Shown: positions 52,125 through 61,844, counted from the first letter of the stretch. The stretch is 64,000 bases of DNA from an uncultured Acidobacteriota bacterium (GCA_963713825.1 CAVQNG010000003.1:608001-672000), one strand, 5' to 3'. Program-made: numbers and translations. Notes: generated by a model from the sequence alone, not told the origin.

Positions 52125-53018
52125 CTAGCTGGTGGGCCCTGCGCCCGCGGACTCTGGGGCGGGCGGTTCTTCGATGGTGATGGTGTAGCCCTCACGGAGG
52201 CGCTCGAAGAAGAGCTCGTCGACCTCGCGGCGTCGGGTGGAGAGGAACTCGTCACGAACACTGGGGCTCACCTCCTCGAACGGCGGCAGGTAGGCCTCCT
52301 GGCGACCCTCGACCCGAACCACGTGGATCCCATAGCCCGACTGCACGGGCCCTTCCCAGTTGCCGGGCGCCAATTCGAAGATGGCTTCGGCGAACTGGTT
52401 CCCGAAGTTGCGAGCCACGCCTTGCTGCGTCAGGTCGGCATAGTGGCTCTGCAGCATGAACCGGTCGCCTTCCTGGGTTGGATCGGCCCCTCCCCGCAAG
52501 TCGGCCAGAACCTCGTCCGCGTCATCGAAGACATCCTCGCCCCGCTGATCCAGGTTCAGATAGACGTGAGTGAAGGTCAGGGTGGCCGGCACCTCGAAAT
52601 CTTCGGCGTTCTCCTCGAAAAAAGTGCGCAACTCGGCGGCGCCAGGCTCACCCTGGGTCGCCAGGTCCTGAGCCAGGAACTCGATCTTCTGCGCCAGGCG
52701 TCGTCGAACCACCATGTCGTCCCTGTCCAGACCCATGGCCAGGGCCTCGCGGTACAGAACCTCTTCTCGAATGAAGCTCTGGATCAAGCCCTCGAGTTCC
52801 TGCGGTGTCGGCGGCCGCCTCCACTGCTTCTCCCACATCGACGCCAAGAGCTCGACCTGCTGACTCGAGATGACAATCTCCTTGCTCTCGGTCTCCTGCT
52901 TTTCACCGAAGACTGTGTACAACCCGAACAGAATCAGGCCGAGGACCAGAAACTGGAAAAGGGGCTGACGAAGGATCGATCGCTGGTGCGGTGCTTCGTC
53001 TCCGCCCATGCTGGTCAC
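52125..53018 (-). CDS. Peptidyl-prolyl cis-trans isomerase (PpiC/rotamase type), membrane anchored
   Basis: ILRQPLFQFLVLG, EEVLYREALAMGLD, VRRRLAQK and GPVQSGYGIHVV; GTG start overlaps the upstream TGA. Confidence 0.85.
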   Translation of the reverse strand: MTSMGGDEAPHQRSILRQPLFQFLVLGLILFGLYTVFGEKQETESKEIVISSQQVELLASMWEKQWRRPPTPQELEGLIQSFIREEVLYREALAMGLDRDDMVVRRRLAQKIEFLAQDLATQGEPGAAELRTFFEENAEDFEVPATLTFTHVYLNLDQRGEDVFDDADEVLADLRGGADPTQEGDRFMLQSHYADLTQQGVARNFGNQFAEAIFELAPGNWEGPVQSGYGIHVVRVEGRQEAYLPPFEEVSPSVRDEFLSTRRREVDELFFERLREGYTITIEEPPAPESAGAGPTS

Positions 53019-55228
53019 CGTATGCGTTCCTCGTCGAAGAGCTCGATCGTATGGATCTTCCAAGTGTTGTCCACGGGCAGCAGCTTCACCCGAGCGTCGT
53101 ACCGGTTCTGGCGGAAGTGGCGGTGGCCAAAATGTGTGACTGTGCCACCTACAACCCAAACAGCATCTGCCACGAAACCTCCATTCTCAGCCGGAAGAAC
53201 CTCGCGCACCTCCGGGACCTCCACCGTTTCGACGCGGGCGCGTGCTCCGCCTCGTTCTTCCATCTCGAGAGACCGACGGTGCTCGAGGTAGATCTCGGAC
53301 AGGGTGTCGCCGGTAACGCTGACAGCCAGGCGATCATAGGCGTCGGATTCCTCGCGAAACTCGAAGGCCCGATACACATTGGGCAACACGCCGGCCAGGA
53401 TGCGCCGCGCTTCTCCCGTCGAGGGCGCCGCGCCCAGTGAGGAGGGGAGTGCGAAGGCTATCTCCACCATGGGTGCCACGACGAGGCCGATTGCCAGTGC
53501 CACTCTCGCGAGGGCGAATCGGGTCGCAGACTGCTTGCCCCTCATCGCGGTTACGAACAGAACCATCGAGACAATCCACAGGGGCACGGCCAGGAACGGT
53601 ATCGGGATCTCCAACGGTTCGATGGCTACGGCGTTGACAACCGGAATCGGATCTTCACTCAGGTTGTTCTGCCACTCGAGTGTCGGCGCTTCGGGGGTCA
53701 GGGTCTGGGTCTGGGAGAACTCCGGGTCACTGACCGTGGCCGGGATCTCGGACATGGCACCTTCGAACGACTCCCAGCGCAGGGTCACCTCATCGGGAGT
53801 GCGTGGTGTCAGGTAGACCAAGGTGACGCCGATGAACGCTTCGGCGATCACCTCGGGAACCGGCTCGGGGCGAGGCAGCACTCCCTGGGTTCCAACCGTG
53901 AGGAAGTCCACCCGGTCGACAATCGGCGCCGCACTGTTGCCATCGATCGTGACAGTTGCCAGAGGTACGACCACCGCCTGAAGCCGCTCCTTGACGTTGC
54001 CCTGCTCCTCGATCCCTAGCCTTCCCGTCGCAGCGATCTCGACCTCCTCGGCCACGTCCTTCAGTCGGACCAGAACTTCGTGCCTGACCTCGAACGCCTC
54101 GACGGCGAGAAAGCTCTGCACCGCAGCTTGGGAAGTCTGCTGGGCGACGCGCCGGGAACCCGGCATGGCAGTGCCGGAGCCCGTTCCCGTCGAGACGGGC
54201 AGTCGATTCGTGTCCAAGCCCGGTTCGGCCTCGACCGTCGGAGGACTCAGAACCAATACCAGAGCCGCGGCCACTGCCGTTCCACCCACTGCATAGCTCA
54301 GGGTTCGACCTAGCCGAACGGACCAGAAACGATCGGCCACGAGCAGCACGAGCCAAGCGGTGCCCAAGGCCAGAATAAGCAACGCGGCATCCATTCCGAC
54401 GACGGCGAGAACCCAGTACAACCACTCGATCCCTTCGAAGCTCGGAGGCGCTGGCAACATGGAGCCGAGCCCCAGACCATGGAGCAGACCGCCAACGAGG
54501 GCGATCCCCCTCAGCTGGCGCCTTTCCCCGGCCGACCGCAGGGATTCACTCGCCAGGAGGACCGCCGCTATTGCAACGCCTCCCTCTGCCAAGACGACAG
54601 GCAGAGACCAGCCCAGGAATGCTGAGAGGACCACCACCACGATCTGGCCCGCGGCAAAGGCCGTGGCGAGACGGACCGAGGTACGAACCCCTCCTACGAG
54701 GGCGACGGCCAACCAGAAGGCGATATGCACCCAGGCGTCGAAGAAATGGCGCACCCCCTGCATCACCGCACGACGAATGTTGGGCCAGAGATTGGCGGTC
54801 AAACCCGCATCGATCTCTGGAACGTCCCACCACATCTCGCCCTCGGCGAGAAGGTGCACCAGCTGCTCTCCCGAAAGGAAATCGACCCGCATGACGGTCG
54901 TCTGACCGGCGTTGACCAGCCGATACTGGATACCGATCCTGTGCCCGGCCAAACCGTCAGGGCAACGGTAGACCTGCCTGTTCAACCAAGCGGCGGGCTG
55001 TTCCTGCAACACCCGCTCGCCCCTGGTGCGACAGGACTCGGGCAGTAACGGCTCGGGCATCGCCTGAACCGGGTAGAGCTTGGGAACCTGCCACTGCACC
55101 AGAAAGGTGTTCGGCTCCTGCTCTTTCGCCTGCAGGTTGACAGGCTGCACGATGTCCGCCGCGGCGTGTCCAGCCACGAACAGCAACAGCGCCAGGGCAC
55201 AGAGGGATGCTCGATCCAGCCATCGCAT
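53015..55228 (-). CDS. HupE/UreJ-family protein fused to a second membrane-associated domain
   Basis: Signal peptide, GVRHF...HIAF, ATAF and GLLHGLG motifs; C-terminal NVYRAFEFREE..YDRLA and GTVTHFGHRHFRQN. Confidence 0.75.
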   Translation of the reverse strand: MRWLDRASLCALALLLFVAGHAAADIVQPVNLQAKEQEPNTFLVQWQVPKLYPVQAMPEPLLPESCRTRGERVLQEQPAAWLNRQVYRCPDGLAGHRIGIQYRLVNAGQTTVMRVDFLSGEQLVHLLAEGEMWWDVPEIDAGLTANLWPNIRRAVMQGVRHFFDAWVHIAFWLAVALVGGVRTSVRLATAFAAGQIVVVVLSAFLGWSLPVVLAEGGVAIAAVLLASESLRSAGERRQLRGIALVGGLLHGLGLGSMLPAPPSFEGIEWLYWVLAVVGMDAALLILALGTAWLVLLVADRFWSVRLGRTLSYAVGGTAVAAALVLVLSPPTVEAEPGLDTNRLPVSTGTGSGTAMPGSRRVAQQTSQAAVQSFLAVEAFEVRHEVLVRLKDVAEEVEIAATGRLGIEEQGNVKERLQAVVVPLATVTIDGNSAAPIVDRVDFLTVGTQGVLPRPEPVPEVIAEAFIGVTLVYLTPRTPDEVTLRWESFEGAMSEIPATVSDPEFSQTQTLTPEAPTLEWQNNLSEDPIPVVNAVAIEPLEIPIPFLAVPLWIVSMVLFVTAMRGKQSATRFALARVALAIGLVVAPMVEIAFALPSSLGAAPSTGEARRILAGVLPNVYRAFEFREESDAYDRLAVSVTGDTLSEIYLEHRRSLEMEERGGARARVETVEVPEVREVLPAENGGFVADAVWVVGGTVTHFGHRHFRQNRYDARVKLLPVDNTWKIHTIELFDEERIR

Positions 55229-55253
55229 AAGCAGTGGAATTTTACCTCAGCGA

Positions 55254-57191
55254 CTACTGGCCAGCACCTTCACTCGCTGCCGCCTGCGGTGCACTCGGCG
55301 GTCCCGCCCACGGCACCGTCTGCTCCTCGTACCACTGCAGGGGCTTGCGCAGGCGGAAGTCGTTCTTCTCCCCACGCATGTCCAGAGCAAACGGAATGCC
55401 GTGAAATTTCGTGTAGAGGATCCCTTTGGCTTTCTTGTCTTGGATCTGGAGGTTCGCCTTCAGCTTGAGACCCTCGCTGTCGATATCGAAATTCTCGATC
55501 TCCAGTCTATTGGCGGCCACCTCGAGATCCGCTTCGGCCTCCAGGTCCTCGAAGTTGAGAATGCCCTTGAGTCGATCGAAGATCTTCTTTTCCTGCCCGA
55601 GGATCGCGATCAGCGGCCTGGTGTCCTTCATCCTGATCTCGGCGCTACAGAAGATCTCTCCGGGATCCTTCAAATGCAGCCAACCTTCGGTCATGTCGAG
55701 ATGGAAATACCAGTTCGTGTCGGACTTCTTTCCGTCCTCGAAGGAGACCATGTCGATCTTCAAACCGCTGTCGGTGAAATCGAACCTCTGGTCGCGCACA
55801 TCATCGGTGGCGACATTCAGGTCCAGGGACAGGTCACCCTTCATGGCCACCTCTCCGTAAGAGGCGTCGATCCCCTTCCCATGGACGTCGATCGTGGCCT
55901 CCCCCCCATTTTCGCGAGTGAGGGTCGCGTGGGTTTCAACCAGGACTTCGCCAGAATCGAGAGTGAAATCGTCGACGGCCGGAATCGGAAAGCGGGTGAT
56001 GTCCGCGACGTGCGCATTGGTCAGATCGAGAGAGATCGCCTCGAGGGACGAGGCGAGCCCTTCAACGCCGCCAGAGATGTCGAGCTCCCCCGCGTCCGCA
56101 TGCAGCTCTAGCTCGGCCCCTGCGAGCAGGGGCTCAGGGACCTCCCGGTCGGCGACCGCCACATCGCTCAGGGTCACAGCCACTCTCGTCGCAACCCCCT
56201 CCTCCGCCTGCTCGACTTTCGATTGAACCAAGAGTTGGCCAGTCGCTCGCCAGTCCATCATGTCCACCCAGCCCCCTTCGGCGCTGAATGTCATCTCCGT
56301 CCCGGGCGCCAGGATGCCCTGCTCGATCTGGATCGAGCTGTCGATCTGACCCCCCGAGCTATCGACCTCGACGGCTTCGATATTGGCGAGAAGACTATTG
56401 ATCAGGGCCGCGCCCCTGGAGGTTCCCGACAGATTCACTGTACCCGTGAGCGATTTCAAGATGTCGAGGCCCTTGGCATCCTTGGGGAGAAACGGTTCCA
56501 TTCGGGCATCGATGCCGAGCTGCAACTCCTGGATCACCGGGTTTCCCATGGTGAGGAACTCCGCCTCGGTGAGATCCATGCGGACACGCTTCATCGACAG
56601 GGCACCACCACCCAACTCGATGCTCATGTCTGCATCGATGCTTCCTTGCGCAGTGAGCCGCATCGCGAGGATCCAGAGTTGCTCGAACTCGTCGATGTGG
56701 ACGTCGTGAAGGACGATCTTCCATGGGCTCTTCTCTTTCTTCTTTTGCTGCTTCGGAGGAAAGGGCGGCTCATCCACAGCGAGTCCCGGAATCTCTGGAG
56801 CGAACTCGGCTGTCTTCAACGGTGGATCCTCGGGGAGTTGCCGCTTGCGGAGGCGAAAGTCGAGACCCGAGCCGTCGAAGCTGTAAGTCTTGAAAGTTTT
56901 TGTGGCAAGAGCCAGCAGGCTCATGTGGACACGACCGCCTGTCAGCTCCACATACCACTGCTGTTTCCGACTCTGGCCGCGAACGGACAGGCCCTCCAGA
57001 TGGATGATGCCCGGGATCAGCGTACGGGCCTCGTCCCACTGGACCTGCATCTTCTCGGGCTTGTTGTTGATCTTGGCCGTAACCCACTCCGAGCCCAGTG
57101 CCCAGTTGGCGCCAAAGAACCAGATCAGCTCGATGCCAACCACCACGACGATCACAGAGATCCAGAACTTCCGAGATCTCAGAATTCCCAT
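55254..57191 (-). CDS. Membrane-anchored beta-rich hypothetical protein (possibly AsmA-like)
   Basis: 645 aa; N-terminal TM helix followed by extended beta-strand-like composition; GGAGG RBS. Confidence 0.7.
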   Translation of the reverse strand: MGILRSRKFWISVIVVVVGIELIWFFGANWALGSEWVTAKINNKPEKMQVQWDEARTLIPGIIHLEGLSVRGQSRKQQWYVELTGGRVHMSLLALATKTFKTYSFDGSGLDFRLRKRQLPEDPPLKTAEFAPEIPGLAVDEPPFPPKQQKKKEKSPWKIVLHDVHIDEFEQLWILAMRLTAQGSIDADMSIELGGGALSMKRVRMDLTEAEFLTMGNPVIQELQLGIDARMEPFLPKDAKGLDILKSLTGTVNLSGTSRGAALINSLLANIEAVEVDSSGGQIDSSIQIEQGILAPGTEMTFSAEGGWVDMMDWRATGQLLVQSKVEQAEEGVATRVAVTLSDVAVADREVPEPLLAGAELELHADAGELDISGGVEGLASSLEAISLDLTNAHVADITRFPIPAVDDFTLDSGEVLVETHATLTRENGGEATIDVHGKGIDASYGEVAMKGDLSLDLNVATDDVRDQRFDFTDSGLKIDMVSFEDGKKSDTNWYFHLDMTEGWLHLKDPGEIFCSAEIRMKDTRPLIAILGQEKKIFDRLKGILNFEDLEAEADLEVAANRLEIENFDIDSEGLKLKANLQIQDKKAKGILYTKFHGIPFALDMRGEKNDFRLRKPLQWYEEQTVPWAGPPSAPQAAASEGAGQ

Positions 57192-57379
57192 AACGTTCCC
57201 CTCCTTCGTGTCCAGTCCTGCTTCTCCCCGATGATATCCGGGTGTTCCCGAGCCTATTCGGCGACGGGATTGAGTGGCGGTAGAGGATCCTGTCGACCAA
57301 ACCTCTTTGCATCACCCTCGAGGAATGTTCGCCTGCCGCGCCGTACGGCTTTGTAGAACTCCGACCCCGACCAAGCCGA

Positions 57380-57530
57380 CATGGCTGCCGAATTTTCGAT
57401 GGTCATCGTCACGCGGCGCTCGAAAGAGTCACCCACTCGCAGCCCGTCTGTAAACCGGCTGTACTGTTCGCTCATCGTCAGGCGCGGCGTCGATAGCACC
57501 AAACCGTGGCCCTCGGCTCCGCTCGGCAAG
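57380..57530 (-). pseudogene. Gene fragment resembling a BatD-family segment
   Basis: LTMSEQYSRFTDGLRVGDSFERRVTMTIENSAAM resembles the BatD 'VGD.I.R.IT' region (recall only); no proper start or continuation. Confidence 0.35.
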
Positions 57531-57559
57531 CGAGCCTCGAGAGCGACGGGCTTCCTGCG

Positions 57560-58213
57560 TTAGAGCTCTGTTCGACGCCAGGCGCTGGCCAGGCTGTCGG
57601 CATACTCGTTCCAGCGGTAGCCGTTGTGCGCTGCGATCCACTCGAGCCTGCACCCCGGGTGACGGCGGTAGAGGGCCAGCAGCTCCTTGACCAGATCGAG
57701 GTTCTTGAGCGGGCTTCCCTTGCGCTTCCAACCCTTGCGCTCCCACCCCGGCGCCCACTTGGTGATCGTGTCCAGACAGAGCTTGCTGTCGGTGTATACG
57801 GTGATCTCGGCCTTCTCGGGCAGAGCCTTGAAGGCCGCGATCAGCGCGGTCAGCTCCATCCGGTTGTTCGTTGTCTCCGGATCGTGTCCATGAGCCTGGT
57901 CGCGAATCTCGCCATCCTCGACCCAGACCATGCCCCAGCCGCCCGGACCAGGATTGGGGTGCGAGCCGCCATCGGTGAAGACGCCGGTCTCCGGACCCTC
58001 GGCGTAGCGCTCCAAGACCTCCTCGAGGGTCAGGTTCTCTTCGCGAGTCGCCGACCTCGGGCGAGTCCGCGACGTGGCGGACTTGGCAGTCTTCTTCTTC
58101 CGGTTCGGTGAGTGCTCGCGGCAGTACTTCGGTGTCCACCCCGGGTACTTGTCCAGAGCTGCCTGAGGAACATCGATGGACTGGCCACAGACGGTGCACT
58201 TGAATTTGGGCAT
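57560..58213 (-). CDS. rnhA: Ribonuclease HI with an N-terminal putative zinc-binding domain
   Basis: FTDGGSHPNPGPGGWG, TTNNRMEL, YTDS, KNLDL and WIAAH...NEYADSLA; N-terminal CTVC...CREH. Confidence 0.88.
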   Translation of the reverse strand: MPKFKCTVCGQSIDVPQAALDKYPGWTPKYCREHSPNRKKKTAKSATSRTRPRSATREENLTLEEVLERYAEGPETGVFTDGGSHPNPGPGGWGMVWVEDGEIRDQAHGHDPETTNNRMELTALIAAFKALPEKAEITVYTDSKLCLDTITKWAPGWERKGWKRKGSPLKNLDLVKELLALYRRHPGCRLEWIAAHNGYRWNEYADSLASAWRRTEL

Positions 58214-58229
58214 GGGCTCAGGTAGAGAA

Positions 58230-58264
58230 CCGGGCCGCATCCGGTGAGTACGGATGCGACCCGG
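58230..58264 (-). terminator. Hairpin after the arylsulfatase gene (putative terminator)
   Basis: Minus strand CCGGGTCGCATCCG-N7-CGGATGCGGCCCGG followed by TTCTCT. Confidence 0.5.
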
Positions 58265-58284
58265 CGTTGTCGTTCAGCGCGGCG

Positions 58285-59838
58285 TTACTTGTCGCCCGCG
58301 CCACGGGTAATAGATTCCATGACCCGATCGAGGTTGAAGCTGCCGGGCTTCTGCCGCGGCGGAAACTCGCGGAAGCTCTGCAGCCACTGGCCAACATAGG
58401 CGGCGGAAGGCGCAATCACGAACATGTGATCTACCCACCACTTGTCGTAGCCGATCGCTTCATGCTCGGCGCGCTCGAACGGATCCATGCGCAGGTTCGC
58501 CACCATCGGCGCGCGCAGGGCGGTAAACGGATTGCGCCAGACGTCGATTCCCTCGGCCTCCTGCTTCAGAAATGTGATCTTCCAGTTGTTGTAGCGCAGC
58601 GCCGCAACGTTGCCGTCATCGGTCCAGTACAGGAACTCCTTGCGCGGCCAATCACCCTCTCCCTTGAGCGCGGGCAGTAGGTCATAGCCGTCGAGATGCA
58701 CCTTGTAGGTCATGTCGCCGACCCCCTTGCCCTTCAGCAAGTCTTCTTTCACGGATGTGTCGCCCGCCGCCGCGAGCAGCGTGGGCAGCATGTCCTCATG
58801 CGCGCCGATCTCGTTGATGACGGTGCCGGGCTCGATGACGCCGGGCCAGCGAATCGCGGTCGGCACACGGAAACCACCTTCCCACTGCGTGGCCTTCTCG
58901 TTGCGGAACATCGTCGTGCCACCGTCGGGCCAGGAGAAGAACTCCGCGCCGTTGTCCGTGGAGTACATGACGATCGTGTTGTCCGCCACGCCCAGTTCAT
59001 CCAGCTTGGCGAGCAGCTGACCGACCATGCCATCGTGCTCGACCATGCCGTCGGCGTAAACACCTAGACCGGTCTTGCCGTCGGACTCGGGCTTCAAGTG
59101 CGTCCAGATGTGCATGCGGGTGCTGTTCCACCAGACGAAAAACGGCTTGTCAGCCTGGACCGCCCGGTCCATGAAGCCCAGCGCGGCCGTTGTAACTTCC
59201 TCGTCCACCGTTTCCATGCGCTTCTTCGTCAGCGGGCCGGTATCTTCGATCTTGCCGTCCGCATAGGAGTGGATCACTCCGCGTGGACCGAACTTCTCGC
59301 TGAAGCTCTTGCCGTCCGGGAACATGAAGTCGCTTGGATAGTCCGGGTTCTCCGGCTCCTCTTCGGCGTTCAGGTGGTAGAGATTGCCGAAGAACTCATC
59401 GAAGCCGTGGTTCGTCGGCAGCATTTCGTCGCGGTCGCCGAGGTGGTTCTTGCCGAACTGACCGGTCATGTAGCCGTGCTCCTTGAGCAGCCCGGCGATG
59501 GTTGGGTCTTCCTTTCTCATCCCTTCCGGGGCGCCGGGGAGTCCGACCTTGGTCAGGCCAGTGCGCATCGGTGACTGGCCGGTGATGAAAGCTGCGCGGC
59601 CGGCCGTGCAGCTCTGCTGGCCATACCAGTCGGTGAACACGGCACCTTCCTGGGCGATGCGATCGATATTGGGCGTCTTGTAGCCCATCATCCCCATGTT
59701 GTAAGCGGAAACGTTGAACTGACCTATGTCGTCACCCCAGATAACGAGGATGTTCGGCTTGTCCTGGGCTATTGCCGCAGTGGCCGCGACAAGACCCGCC
59801 ACGAGGACCACAGCCATTATGAAGTTATTGCGTTTCAT
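58285..59838 (-). CDS. Arylsulfatase (Cys-type formylglycine-dependent sulfatase)
   Basis: Signal peptide, KPNILVIWGDDIG, SCTAGRAAFITG (CxAxR), GKNHLGD, STDNG and WEGGFRVP. Confidence 0.93.
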   Translation of the reverse strand: MKRNNFIMAVVLVAGLVAATAAIAQDKPNILVIWGDDIGQFNVSAYNMGMMGYKTPNIDRIAQEGAVFTDWYGQQSCTAGRAAFITGQSPMRTGLTKVGLPGAPEGMRKEDPTIAGLLKEHGYMTGQFGKNHLGDRDEMLPTNHGFDEFFGNLYHLNAEEEPENPDYPSDFMFPDGKSFSEKFGPRGVIHSYADGKIEDTGPLTKKRMETVDEEVTTAALGFMDRAVQADKPFFVWWNSTRMHIWTHLKPESDGKTGLGVYADGMVEHDGMVGQLLAKLDELGVADNTIVMYSTDNGAEFFSWPDGGTTMFRNEKATQWEGGFRVPTAIRWPGVIEPGTVINEIGAHEDMLPTLLAAAGDTSVKEDLLKGKGVGDMTYKVHLDGYDLLPALKGEGDWPRKEFLYWTDDGNVAALRYNNWKITFLKQEAEGIDVWRNPFTALRAPMVANLRMDPFERAEHEAIGYDKWWVDHMFVIAPSAAYVGQWLQSFREFPPRQKPGSFNLDRVMESITRGAGDK

Positions 59839-59934
59839 TCAGATGTCTCCTTTCAAATCAACTGACTTCCTTGACTTCTTCTGAGATCGAGCCTGCTGCA
59901 TCTGCGTGATGCAGAAACTCGGAGCATACTGTTG

Positions 59935-60280
59935 TCAACGCTGGCAGGAGATGCCTTCGTCGCTGCGGGTCTCTCGGATTTCGAGAATCGCCTGGTCCGC
60001 CGCGACGCTCGCCTGCTGAACGGTGTCGACATCGTCGTCGAGGTCGACTAGTTCAGCGAACAGGCTCTCCGCTGCGGCCTGGTCTTTGGTGTCGACGGCT
60101 ACGAGAGCCTCGAGCCAGTAGCCAGCGAGAGCGAAGTCCGGGTTCTCCGACGTGGCCCCAGCCTTGGCGAGCAGCTCCGCACGATCGTGCTGGCAGTCCA
60201 CCAGGGCATCGAGTGCATTGGTGTTGTCCTGGCCGATGGCCGCGATCCACTCTTCCTCGGTCTGCGGCAGATCGTAGGGC
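59935..60280 (-). pseudogene. 5'-truncated gene remnant
   Basis: The frame PYDLPQTEEEWIAAIGQDNTNALDALVDCQ...EGISCQR is preceded by an in-frame TAG and has no convincing start; it lies next to a palindrome. Confidence 0.45.
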
Positions 60281-60303
60281 TATAGCGGCCAGGCGTTTCA
60301 TGA

Positions 60304-60358
60304 AAAGAGGCGACAGGCACCGATTTCCCGGCAGGAATCTGGTGCCTGTCACCTCTTT
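60304..60358. repeat. REP-like palindrome
   Basis: AAAGAGGCGACAGGCACC-N19-GGTGCCTGTCACCTCTTT: 18-bp arms with one mismatch. Confidence 0.7.
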
Positions 60359-60365
60359 CGCCACA

Positions 60366-60947
60366 TCACTTTCCCTTGCGATACATCGAGTCGAACTTCT
60401 TGCCGATCTTCTCGACGGCCTTCTCGATCTGCTTGGCCTCTTTCTCGGGCTTGTCCTTGACCACTGCCTCGGCCGTGCCGCGGAAGATCGCCTTGTTTGT
60501 CTTGGCGTCCCAGATGTCGATGATCAGGGTGCCGCGCTCGTAGGTGTGGGAGGTCGTTGTCGAGGGGCCCATCCCCATACCGATGCCACCGTAGCCATCC
60601 CAGTAGGGATCCCACCCCCAGTCATCACCGTAGCCGTAGCCCATGTGGCTGGTGTTGAACTGAACCTCTTCCTTCGAGCTGGTGTGATAGGTGACCCAGA
60701 GGTCAGGGCTTTGGACGTCCTCCGCGAGGCCACCACTCTTGAGCTGGGCCTCGATGGTGTTCTCGACCCGCTCGTGCATCAACGGTGACTCCTCGGTCAG
60801 AGAGGCTTCGGTGGGCGCCTTCCAGGCGAAGGTTTTGTACTGACTGAAGTCCACCGACTTGTCGTAGTCCACGTAGACCTGCTGGGCCAAGGCGGGCAAG
60901 GCCAGAAGAGTTGCGACAACAAGCACTCCCAAGATTCGCTGTTTCAC
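60366..60947 (-). CDS. DUF4136 domain secreted protein
   Basis: Signal peptide; VDYDKSVDFSQYKTFAW, G/Y/W-rich loop, YERGTLIIDIWDAKT; AGGAG RBS, GTG start. Confidence 0.88.
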   Translation of the reverse strand: MKQRILGVLVVATLLALPALAQQVYVDYDKSVDFSQYKTFAWKAPTEASLTEESPLMHERVENTIEAQLKSGGLAEDVQSPDLWVTYHTSSKEEVQFNTSHMGYGYGDDWGWDPYWDGYGGIGMGMGPSTTTSHTYERGTLIIDIWDAKTNKAIFRGTAEAVVKDKPEKEAKQIEKAVEKIGKKFDSMYRKGK

Positions 60948-61168
60948 TTCTTTCTCCTTTTGAAAAACTTTGATCCATCGTCACCCCAGGGACCCAACTG
61001 TCCGATCGCCAATGCGATCCGTTGGGCTCGGGCCTGAGTGAAGAAGTCCATTAGCGGATCGTGTCCGATTTCAAGATCCAACACCTTGATCAGATCGAAG
61101 CGATTCCCATCGCGTTTCCTCCTATGGACCCTGCACGGCAATAGCAGCCTTCGTTCCTGATTCCTGAC

Positions 61169-61313
61169 CCGAGATTTCCCATTTGGCTCTCAGACGAGCC
61201 TCTCCGACGCGGGATGGGAAGCGAGAATACCACGTTCCCTGCGGCGTCTTCGGCGAGACTGCCTCCGGCGGGCGGAGCCGGGAGATGCGGCGGAGGATTG
61301 CCCGGAAGAGCCG
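61169..61313 (-). mobile_element. IS1380-like remnant (transposase C-terminus plus right end)
   Basis: The minus frame encodes LFRAILRRISRLRPPEA, like IS1380-family C-termini, followed by AAATGGGAAATCTCGG; family call from recall. Confidence 0.5.
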
Positions 61314-61330
61314 CTGAATCCCCGTCGTCT

Positions 61331-61402
61331 GTCCTCGGTGGGCTGCTGAACTACCCCTTCCGGGAGGCTGTGTCAGGCGCGGGCCGATTATCAGCACCCC
61401 AC
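61331..61402 (+). mobile_element. Remnant of an rve/integrase-core IS transposase C-terminus and end
   Basis: Encodes VLGGLLNYPFREA, a degenerate LGGLLxYYxREAA, followed by an end-like GATTATCAGCACCCCAC. Confidence 0.45.
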
Positions 61403-61423
61403 CCCGACGGAAGTAGTTGCACC

Positions 61424-61477
61424 CTGCTGTCGTCCACGGCCATCAGTTGTAGTTCAGTGTTACCAAAACTGTTACCT
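61424..61477 (+). repeat. 54-bp direct repeat 1 with tandem TGTTACC (putative integrase arm sites)
   Basis: 45/54 identical to 61690..61743; contains TGTTACC-AAAAC-TGTTACC. Confidence 0.75.
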
Positions 61478-61548
61478 GGCGCCACGAACGATGCCTAGCT
61501 CAAGCTCGCCAGGAACGCTTAATGCCTTTTGTTTTGTTGAAGTTAAGC

Positions 61549-61606
61549 TGGTGCCGGAGGCGGGATTCGAACCCACAACTCCTTGCGGAGGGGGGATTTT
61601 AGGTCC
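61549..61606 (-). tRNA. 3' fragment of tRNA-Leu(TAA); att-site duplication, not a functional tRNA
   Basis: Minus strand GGA-CCTAAAA-TCCCC, long variable arm CTCCGCAAGGAG, T-arm GTGGGTTCGAATCCCGC, acceptor CTCCGGC-A-CCA; no 5' half or D-arm present. Confidence 0.85.
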
Positions 61607-61689
61607 TTTGAAAACTCACAATCCACAACAGATGACAGCACGCAACCACAACAAAACAGGCGACTTACGCCGGCAGGCGTAAATGCAGT

Positions 61690-61743
61690 CTGCTGTCATT
61701 TGTGGCCTTCAGTTGTACTTCATTGTTACCAAAATTGTTACCT
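61690..61743 (+). repeat. 54-bp direct repeat 2 with tandem TGTTACC
   Basis: Partner of 61424..61477; TGTTACC-AAAAT-TGTTACC. Confidence 0.75.
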
Positions 61744-61844
61744 CTCTGTTATCGGGTGCTGTCGTTGATGGCTGCCTTGAGCCAGTCGAAGCGCCTCTCG
61801 TCTCTCGAGTCCGTGGACGCTCTGTCGGCCGGTGCGCTCGGTTC

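Noticed and set aside
61549-61606. Functional tRNA-Leu gene
   Set aside because: The 5' acceptor strand and D-arm are absent, and position 33 is C rather than U
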